Below are positions 9,560-16,507 of a DNA stretch of 20,000 bases, piece by piece. The stretch spans positions 60,841 to 80,840 of the forward strand of contig JACVGW010000002.1 in assembly GCA_018992565.1 (NCBI GenBank), written 5' to 3'. The stretch comes from Theionarchaea archaeon. GTDB lineage: Archaea; Methanobacteriota_B; Thermococci; Methanofastidiosales; SZ-28-30. The translations under genes and the position numbers were made by a program. The notes under the pieces were generated by a model. The model saw only the letters and a list, made by a program, of their open reading frames with translations. It searched no databases and had not been told where the DNA came from. Position 1 is the stretch's first letter; each line of letters begins with the position of its first letter.

Positions 9560-10522
9560 ATGAGAGCAACTCCTGATGAAAAAGTGATGCAGTATAGAAT
9601 CATCTACGAAAAATTCACTGAGTGCCCCAGAGCAAAGGTTCGGGACGTGGCATCTCTCCTGAGAGTCAACCGTCATTGTGCCAGTATCAAGATAAAGGAA
9701 GCTCTCAACCTCGGCTATGTTCTCGTACCGCAGTTGAGAAAACGTTCGTATTCCAACATGAGGGAGTACATGTACTTTGTGAATTGTGTACATCCCTTCG
9801 ATTTCTACAAGAAGTACAGCAAGGATCTCAATGTGGTTTATCATGCGCGAATGGTGGGGTTTGCCAGTATGTGGATAGTCTCCAGCAGGAGAATACATGT
9901 TGAAGGAAAGACGGTGATAGAAGGAGTCCGCTCTGACTACTACGTGGCACATGCTCCCAGCCATTCCTGGCAGAAAGCAGTTGATATCATGTGGAAGAAA
10001 GTGCGGGAGTTTGATCCTGACAGGCATTCGTCCAGGAAGTTCATTGTCAACCACCTGACTGAGTCTATGCATTGGGATAGTCAGGATGAGATACTGTACC
10101 AGGAATTCAAATACGATCTGAGGAGAAACCTCAGCCCCATTATGAAAAAGTATGGTATTTCCGCCCGGAAGATTTATTCGTTCTTTGAGAAGATGCGTCG
10201 CTGCTGTACTGTATTTACGCGATTCTTCCCGGAGACTATTGTCTCTTACGATCCTTATCTGTTCATATTCGAGACTGAGTATGAGGACTTCGTCATTGAC
10301 CTGTTCTCTGAACTGCCCACCAGCCCCTTTTTCTTCAAGGTTGGGGATAGACTGCTCATGTACACGAATGTGGACAAATTCTTCTCACGACGAGTGGGAC
10401 TCGACATGTCGGATGTCAGTCAGCTCCACATTCCTCTCTTGGTGGATGCGCTGATAAAAAAAGGGATAGTGAAAAGAGAAGATCATGCTATTGCTGAGTA
10501 TTCAAATGCAAAGGGGTTTTAG
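9560..10522 (+). CDS. Hypothetical protein with two Lrp/AsnC-like HTH modules; putative transcriptional regulator
   Basis: 320-aa ORF with RBS AAGGAGG just upstream. Segment IIYEKFTECPRAKVRDVASLLRVNRHCASIKIKEALNLGYV and segment WDSQDEILYQEFKYDLRRNLSPIMKKYGISARKIYSFFEKM both align by eye with the Lrp N-terminus at 3315. Confidence 0.7.
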   Translation: MRATPDEKVMQYRIIYEKFTECPRAKVRDVASLLRVNRHCASIKIKEALNLGYVLVPQLRKRSYSNMREYMYFVNCVHPFDFYKKYSKDLNVVYHARMVGFASMWIVSSRRIHVEGKTVIEGVRSDYYVAHAPSHSWQKAVDIMWKKVREFDPDRHSSRKFIVNHLTESMHWDSQDEILYQEFKYDLRRNLSPIMKKYGISARKIYSFFEKMRRCCTVFTRFFPETIVSYDPYLFIFETEYEDFVIDLFSELPTSPFFFKVGDRLLMYTNVDKFFSRRVGLDMSDVSQLHIPLLVDALIKKGIVKREDHAIAEYSNAKGF

Positions 10523-10722
10523 CCTGGAGCCCCTCCTCCCCCACCCTGATGACCTCCATTGATTGTAGGGTTTCCATTCTGGGAGGCGTCTGGATTGATT
10601 GAGCAGTACTCATCTGGAAACTCTGTTTGATCTGTAACCTGGACGTATACCTCTCCTATTGCAGAAGAGGTTCCCACCAACAGGAGTCCAGCAACCAACA
10701 AGAACATTACTATAGGTTTCAT
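10519..10722 (-). CDS. Small exported peptide (67 aa) with N-terminal signal peptide and Gly-rich C-terminus
   Basis: Internal ATG 10722 of the 126-aa track ORF, preceded by RBS AGAGGTGA (10727-10734) and TTTTTATT (~10757-10764). Sequence MKPIVMFLLVAGLLLVGTSSA/IGEVYVQVTDQTEFPDEYCSINPDASQNGNPTINGGHQGGGGGAPG. Confidence 0.8.
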   Translation of the reverse strand: MKPIVMFLLVAGLLLVGTSSAIGEVYVQVTDQTEFPDEYCSINPDASQNGNPTINGGHQGGGGGAPG

Positions 10723-10940
10723 TCTCTCACCTCTTATGGGCGTATAATCCATTCTCAATAAAAAGATTTCGCTATACGGAAAGAATGGCATGCTGGAATG
10801 TTCCATAACGTGACCTGGGCCCTGTTCAAGACATGAGTGGTCTCCAGTGAAGAGGAGGGTTCTCGTAGTTGTGATACTTCCTGTGCAGGGGTCTACCAAC
10901 CTGTATCAATCTTTAAATATGTCAATGCTTCATTATTCCC

Positions 10941-12191
10941 ATGAGTAAAACCATGGCTGAGAAAATATTGGGAAGAGCAAGTAACCAGGAGGTTGCTTCA
11001 GGTGACATCATAGATGGTACAGTTGATCTGGCCATGTCTCATGAGAATACTGCTGCAATCTCTGGTAAGTTCAAGTCTATCGGTGTTCCCAGGGTGTGGG
11101 ATCCCGCACGGATTGTGGTCCCCATTGATCATTGCGCCCCTGCAGCAAATGAGGATTATGCCAAGAATCACAAGGTTATTAGGGAATTTGTCAGAGAACA
11201 GAACATCACAAACTTCTATGATATAAAAGCGGGAGTGTGCCATCAGGTTCTCCCTGAAAAGGGACACATTAAGCCGGGCATGTTGGTGGTGGGCTCAGAT
11301 TCTCATACACCCACCTATGGGGCATTGGCTGCATTTGCCACAGGAATCGGGAGGACAGAGATGGCTGCTGTCTATGCTACAGGAAAGATTTGGTTGAGAG
11401 TCCCTGAAAGCTTTAAGATAATCGTGGAAGGAAAGCTTCCTGATATGGTGTCAGCAAAGGATGTGATTCTTCACATTATTGGGGATCTGCGAGCCGATGG
11501 GGCGAATTACAAAGCCGTGGAATTCTGCGGGGATACGGTAGATCACATGACTGTGGGTGAGCGAATGGTCCTATGCAACATGTCTGCTGAGATGGGCGCC
11601 AAGGCGGGAATGGTTGCCTTTGATGATACTACCAGGATGTATCTGGACGAGAGAACAGACAGAGTGTATACTGTGCTGAATCCAGATGCAGATGCAGTCT
11701 ATGAGAAGGTTGTCCATGTTGCTGTCCATGATCTGGAGCCTCAGGTGGCCTGTCCCCATACGGTGGACAATGTCAAGCCTCTTTCCCAGGTGGAGGGAGT
11801 TCCCATCAACCAGGCGGTCCTGGGCACCTGTACCAATGGCAGAGTGGAGGATCTGGCTGTGGCAGCATCCCTTCTCAAGGGAAAGAAGATTGCTGACACG
11901 GTGCGGTTAATTGTCATCCCGGCTTCCACAGAAGTCTATGCAGAAGCAGTACAGAATGGGATAATTCTGGATTTAGTGAAAGCAGGTGCAGTCATCTGCA
12001 ACCCCAATTGTGGTCCCTGTCTGGGTGCTCACCAGGGTGCCCTGGCTCCTGGGGAAGTATGTATCTCCTCATCCAACCGCAACTTCAGAGGGAGGATGGG
12101 CTGTAAGGATGCTGAAATCTATCTTGCTTCTCCCGCGACTGTGGCAGCTTCATCTCTAACTGGCAGAATTACTGATCCCCGAGGTGTATAA
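10941..12191 (+). CDS. leuC: 3-isopropylmalate dehydratase/homoaconitase large subunit (LeuC/HacA family)
   Basis: MSKTMAEKIL, DH, CHQV, DSHT, [4Fe-4S] cysteines in GTCTNGR and CGPCLG, SNRNF.GRMG, YLASP. Confidence 0.95.
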   Translation: MSKTMAEKILGRASNQEVASGDIIDGTVDLAMSHENTAAISGKFKSIGVPRVWDPARIVVPIDHCAPAANEDYAKNHKVIREFVREQNITNFYDIKAGVCHQVLPEKGHIKPGMLVVGSDSHTPTYGALAAFATGIGRTEMAAVYATGKIWLRVPESFKIIVEGKLPDMVSAKDVILHIIGDLRADGANYKAVEFCGDTVDHMTVGERMVLCNMSAEMGAKAGMVAFDDTTRMYLDERTDRVYTVLNPDADAVYEKVVHVAVHDLEPQVACPHTVDNVKPLSQVEGVPINQAVLGTCTNGRVEDLAVAASLLKGKKIADTVRLIVIPASTEVYAEAVQNGIILDLVKAGAVICNPNCGPCLGAHQGALAPGEVCISSSNRNFRGRMGCKDAEIYLASPATVAASSLTGRITDPRGV

Positions 12192-12692
12192 ATGAAAATG
12201 AAAGGCAGAGTGTTCAAGTATGGAGATGACGTTAATACTGATGTCATTTTTCCTGGAAAGTACACGTACACGATATCAGATCCCAAAGAAATGGCAAAGC
12301 ATGCTCTGGAGGATTTGGATCCCGCATTTATTCAGAAGGTGAAAAAGGGAGATATCCTGGTGGCGGGGAAGTATTTTGGGTGCGGCTCCTCGCGTGAACA
12401 GGCAGTGACCTGTTTGAAGGAGGCTGGCATCTCAGTGGTCATCGCAGAATCATTTGCTCGTATCTACTACCGGAACTGCATCAATTCAGGTCTGCCCCCC
12501 TTGATACTGGAAGATACCTCTCACATCAATGCAGAAGACGAACTAGAGGTGGATGTAGAAACAGGAACTGTCACAGATGTGACTACAGGAGCGCAATACA
12601 CTGTCACTCCCCTGCCCCCCTTTATCATGCAGATCATACAGGATGGCGGTCTAATTCCGCACCTCAAGAAGGAGATCTCTCATGGACGTTGA
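12192..12692 (+). CDS. leuD: 3-isopropylmalate dehydratase/homoaconitase small subunit (LeuD/HacB family)
   Basis: GDDVNTDVIFPGKY, FGCGSSREQA, SFARIYYRNCIN.G, GGL; directly abuts the large subunit. Confidence 0.93.
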   Translation: MKMKGRVFKYGDDVNTDVIFPGKYTYTISDPKEMAKHALEDLDPAFIQKVKKGDILVAGKYFGCGSSREQAVTCLKEAGISVVIAESFARIYYRNCINSGLPPLILEDTSHINAEDELEVDVETGTVTDVTTGAQYTVTPLPPFIMQIIQDGGLIPHLKKEISHGR

Positions 12693-13165
12693 AGGGTTCT
12701 ATGACGAGAGGGCTCCCTTTTACGATGGGGAGTACAGGACTCCCTTTTTTGATTTGTACAGGGCTCTTACGTGGGACAATATCAGCNNNNNNNNNNNNNN
12801 NNNNNNNNNNNNNNNNNNNNNNNNNNNNNNNNNNNNNNNNNNNNNNNNNNNNNNNNNNNNNNNNNNNNNNNNNNNNNNNNNNNNNNTTATTTGAGACAGA
12901 ACGCGCCACATTTCAGACAGGGTTTGAAATTCGCTACTTCACTCCTGGGTCCTTGAGGCAGCTTTTTGAAGGTGCAGGATTTGAGGTGGTGCGCATCCTG
13001 GGAAAGCCTGTCTTCCTTTCCAGGGTCCCCCGGGAACGAGCGCATGATTTGCTGCGAGATAAAAAGGTGTTTGACAGAATACTTGAACTGGAACTGCAGT
13101 TCTGTGATAATCCAAATTTGATTGGCTTTGCGGGGCACCTGGAAATTGCAGGTAAAAAAGTGTAA
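12682..13165 (+). CDS. Probable class I SAM-dependent methyltransferase, middle lost in the assembly gap
   Basis: N-terminus MDVEGFYDERAPFYDGEY (FYD...YD, typical of class I MTases), with RBS AAGGAG and an 11-nt overlap with the small subunit. C-terminus RYFTPGSLRQLFEGAGFEVVRILG...GHLEIAGKKV. The SAM-binding motif would fall in the gap. Confidence 0.6.
12787..12886. other. Assembly gap (100 N)
   Basis: Run of exactly 100 N, a placeholder of unknown true length. Confidence 0.99.
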
Positions 13166-13174
13166 GAGTGAGGA

Positions 13175-13531
13175 CTATTTTTGCTTGTAGCGTTCCTTCT
13201 GATTGAAGAATGTAATGTCTTTGAAGCCTCTCCTGATTCTTGCCCTGTGTGGAACACCCCTGGGGATGTAGTACGTGTCTCCTCTCCTGAAGACGTGGCT
13301 CTCACCGTTAATTATAAGTTCAATTTCGCCATCCAGGACAACTCCCCACTGGGGCTCGTGAGCATGTTCGGGAACCTCAACATCTTCAGAAAATTCCATG
13401 AAAATGATTTGATTTGCTTCACCTTGAAACAGATATGAACGAAGACCTGTAAGGGGAATATCAGCTTCCGGCAGCGATGTAACCATGCTGGGAAAGAATT
13501 CTTTCTTGCTGTCAGTTGGGACATTTTTCAT
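13175..13531 (-). CDS. Cupin domain protein (cupin_2)
   Basis: Cupin motif 1 VPEHAHEPQWGVVLDGEIEL and motif 2 GDTYYIPRGVPH. Confidence 0.9.
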   Translation of the reverse strand: MKNVPTDSKKEFFPSMVTSLPEADIPLTGLRSYLFQGEANQIIFMEFSEDVEVPEHAHEPQWGVVLDGEIELIINGESHVFRRGDTYYIPRGVPHRARIRRGFKDITFFNQKERYKQK

Positions 13532-13645
13532 GGGGGGATATTTTTGATGGTCTTAAAAAAGGTTCGGTACAGCATGCGCAGTGAACCAAAAACCATTTAA
13601 GTCTTGAGATATAAATAGAATTAACTGGCGGGAAGCAGGTGGATT

Positions 13646-13777
13646 ATGGCTGAAGTCAAAGAAACTGAGCCCCCTGACACAGCTGCAGGATGGCTGTCTC
13701 AGGACGGATACAGGAATGCATGGCTCAACCAGATCATAGAGGAGTTGAAGCTGGAGTGCTACGAGGGATTGCTGTGA
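13646..13777 (+). CDS. Small hypothetical protein (43 aa), below the ORF-track cutoff
   Basis: MAEVKETEPPDTAAGWLSQDGYRNAWLNQIIEELKLECYEGLL*. RBS AGGTGG at 13638-13642 region and TATAAATA near 13610-13617. Its TGA overlaps the GTG start of the next gene (GTGA). Confidence 0.6.
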   Translation: MAEVKETEPPDTAAGWLSQDGYRNAWLNQIIEELKLECYEGLL

Positions 13778-14298
13778 GAGTTGCTCAGTGGGAGATTCTG
13801 GGAGTTTTGTTCATTATTGTGGTGGGTTCATTTCTGCATTTCCTCTTTGAGCTGTCAGGATTCATGCCTGTGGCAGGATTGATTGGAGCTGTCAATGAGA
13901 GTGTATGGGAACATCTGAAGATTGGATTCTGGCCTGCAGTATTTTTCGCACTGATCGAATATCATTTTCTGAAGTCCAGTGCGAATTTCTGGGTGGCAAA
14001 GGCAGCATGTGCATATGTAATACCCGTGACTATAGCTGTACTATTCTATGGTTATACAGGCATTCTGGGCTACAATACGCTGGCTCTTGATATTACTGTT
14101 TTTGTCGTAGCCGTCATCGTGGGTCAAATCGCCAGTTACAGATTGCTGACCTGCAGAGATCTTCCTGTGTTATGGCAATGGGTTGGCCCTGCTGCACTAC
14201 TGGTGCTGGCTGTGCTGTTCATGGTGTTCACGTTTTATCCACCGCATGTCGGGCTGTTCAGGGATCCAGTGACAGGTGGGTATGGCATTGTGAGTTGA
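13774..14298 (+). CDS. DUF6512-like integral membrane protein
   Basis: About 5 TM helices; motifs GSFLHFLFE, VNESVWEHLK and FT.YPP...LF.DP recalled as typical of this family. Start reassigned to GTG 13774. Confidence 0.7.
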   Translation: MRVAQWEILGVLFIIVVGSFLHFLFELSGFMPVAGLIGAVNESVWEHLKIGFWPAVFFALIEYHFLKSSANFWVAKAACAYVIPVTIAVLFYGYTGILGYNTLALDITVFVVAVIVGQIASYRLLTCRDLPVLWQWVGPAALLVLAVLFMVFTFYPPHVGLFRDPVTGGYGIVS

Positions 14299-14327
14299 GT
14301 ACATTCTGTCCAACAGATTGTTGCCAT

Positions 14328-16142
14328 CTACAAAGAGAAAAGGTGGAGGGTTCCGCTGGAATCCAGCACCAGGAGGTACTCTTCTGAGTGAGTAGCTGCA
14401 AGTGAGACTTCATCAGGGAAGATATCCAGCTCACGTTGTGCAACAATATACCATTGTAGAATACCAGTTTCTGCACTTAGGCAGTGGATATACCCATCGT
14501 TTGCTAAAACATAAATATTCTCGTTATATTGATAGAAAGAGGTAATTTCAGTCCCTCTCACTTCATGAACCCACAGCTCTGCACCTGTTTCTGCATCGAG
14601 GGCCTGGATTACTCCGCCTTCTCTGACGAGGAACACTTTTTTCTCAGTGAGGATTGTCCTGGAGATGGGTGTATTTTCAGAGTTGTACTCCCACTTTTTC
14701 AGGCCATTTATGTGTAACATGACTACAGACTGATATTCTGAATCAGTGTGCATCATCAGCGCGATATTGTCTCCAAGAATATTTATGGAGTCCACAGGGT
14801 ACTGAGGCCAGAAAAGGTCAGTTTCTGTCATAGTCTCCAGCGTAATGCTGGTGAGTGTCCCCTCCTCATCAAAGAAATAGAAGACACCTTCAGAGTATGT
14901 GGGATGCTGGATTGAAGGGAGAGGGCCACTCCACAACGGTTCTCCTGTGCCTATATCGAGGATGACATAGTGAGGTGCAGACTGTTGATCTAGCTCAGCA
15001 AAAAGTACCGCATCGTCATATATGGCCTCATTCCAGGTATCATTGGACACTTCCCAGAGCACATTGCCGTGTTCTCTTTCCAGGCAGACAATCCCTCCAG
15101 TGAGGGCTATTACCGTATTGTCAATAAGACTCACTGCAATGTAGTCAGTGACAGATGGTATCTTATACGTCCAACGTATGCTCCCTGTTTCAGTGTCTAT
15201 GCTGTAGATATGGGAATCAGGAGCCCCCACATACAGGGTGTCATCAGAGACTGCAATCTTTTGCTCCAGCGAGGAGGGATAAGAGTGCTGTACAATCTCA
15301 AAAGGAATTGTGTACAACTGGGTTCTTGACTGAGCATCAATGCATACAATCTTGTCAGCATATGGAAGGAATATCTTTTGGTTGTGATAAACGGGGCTGC
15401 ACATAGGAACCTCCGGGAGGGCTAACGACAACAGAAGATGGGTCTGGCCCAGGACTTCCTCTGGGGGACAAATATCAGTAGTTGAGGGAAAATCAAGACT
15501 GATTCCCTTTTCCTGGGCGGCTGGAGGAACATGAGCAGGATAACATCCCCAGGTTGCTATTTTCTGGTAGGATTCCCATTGGTTATCAAGTTTTATGAGA
15601 ATTTTGAACAGTGCACTGGGGATCTTCCCGCTGTACTGGACGTAATTAGAGCCTTCATACGTGATATTCCAGGGAATGAAGCAGTAATAGCTTGATTCGG
15701 ATTCTGCCTGTATAGTTTTCCCATTGGAAAGTGTTATTTCAATGGTGAAGTGAGGGCTGTAGTCGAGGCGTGTGTAGCCCCTATAGGTTGTCTGGTAACT
15801 AACCTGGTAGAGGTCTGTAAAGCTTTCTGCAACCTCTCCTATCAGTTCTGGGGTTACGTGTTCTCCAGTGCTGGCAAAGTACTCACTATTGATTCTCTGG
15901 ATCCTGTAGAAGTGGTAGGCCAGGATAGAATCTGCGGTCTCGCTGTTGGGATCTGTATTACGTGAGCCATTGAAGGCCGTTACAGCAGTATAGGTAATGT
16001 CAATAGTTGTTATGGACTGAACAGGGGAGTATATTTCAGGAGCGTCAAAATCGGGGGGAATGTGCCACTGGACAGTCATGATGCCAGCTACAACAGCTAC
16101 CATCAGTAATAGAGAAATACTCTTTTGAAGAGGAGATGTCAC
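14328..16142 (-). CDS. Membrane-anchored/exported PQQ-like (BamB-type) beta-propeller repeat protein
   Basis: N-terminal hydrophobic segment. Repeated propeller motifs IYSIDTETGSIRW, LEREHGNVLW, LDIGTGEPLW, ALDAETGAELW and LSAETGILQW. Acidic composition. Confidence 0.85.
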   Translation of the reverse strand: MTSPLQKSISLLLMVAVVAGIMTVQWHIPPDFDAPEIYSPVQSITTIDITYTAVTAFNGSRNTDPNSETADSILAYHFYRIQRINSEYFASTGEHVTPELIGEVAESFTDLYQVSYQTTYRGYTRLDYSPHFTIEITLSNGKTIQAESESSYYCFIPWNITYEGSNYVQYSGKIPSALFKILIKLDNQWESYQKIATWGCYPAHVPPAAQEKGISLDFPSTTDICPPEEVLGQTHLLLSLALPEVPMCSPVYHNQKIFLPYADKIVCIDAQSRTQLYTIPFEIVQHSYPSSLEQKIAVSDDTLYVGAPDSHIYSIDTETGSIRWTYKIPSVTDYIAVSLIDNTVIALTGGIVCLEREHGNVLWEVSNDTWNEAIYDDAVLFAELDQQSAPHYVILDIGTGEPLWSGPLPSIQHPTYSEGVFYFFDEEGTLTSITLETMTETDLFWPQYPVDSINILGDNIALMMHTDSEYQSVVMLHINGLKKWEYNSENTPISRTILTEKKVFLVREGGVIQALDAETGAELWVHEVRGTEITSFYQYNENIYVLANDGYIHCLSAETGILQWYIVAQRELDIFPDEVSLAATHSEEYLLVLDSSGTLHLFSL

Positions 16143-16425
16143 AGGTGACTCTAGGAATACCCCTTTTTAAGAATTCCTACACTGGGAGTTGCATTGAAGA
16201 GATCCAGCAGGAATCATGCAGCGTCATGGCAATTCTCCTATGCATCATTTCATATCCAACTGCGATCTCTCTGCTTCTTCATCTTTCTCAAGGTACTTGA
16301 GAGTTGTAGTCCCATCGAGAATCACTCTCATATAAAGCTCAGAAGTCTTGAGCAGCGCAATATTGGCAGTTACTGCATATCCAATTTCCTTCATAAGGCG
16401 ATGTCCTATATACATGGCCCCTCTC

Positions 16426-16440
16426 AAAAGAAAAAAAAGA
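16426..16440 (-). terminator. Oligo-T tract, possible archaeal terminator of the transglutaminase-like gene
   Basis: TCTTTTTTTTCTTTT on the minus strand about 70 nt after the stop at 16508. Confidence 0.35.
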
Positions 16441-16507
16441 GTGATAGAGATTACATGTCAGCAGGGAGAAGCCGCATTGGAGCCACAGTGCCTTCTGGTG
16501 AACCAAC

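Noticed and set aside
9530..10072. 180-aa minus-strand ORF
   Set aside because: Antisense shadow of the 320-aa gene, which has the RBS and HTH-like features.
10723..10899. N-terminal 59 codons of the 126-aa ORF
   Set aside because: The RBS, TATA and signal peptide all point to ATG 10722; the extension covers promoter sequence.
12682..13165. Apparent frameshift or pseudogene in the methyltransferase
   Set aside because: The frame change coincides with a 100-N placeholder gap, so it is an assembly artefact. The two sides could even belong to different genes.
16245..16415. 56-aa minus ORF MYIGHRLMKEIGYAVTANIALLK... between the transglutaminase-like and propeller genes
   Set aside because: It has a weak GAGGGG upstream but no recognisable motif, and starts right after a T-tract. 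It cannot be supported without homology.
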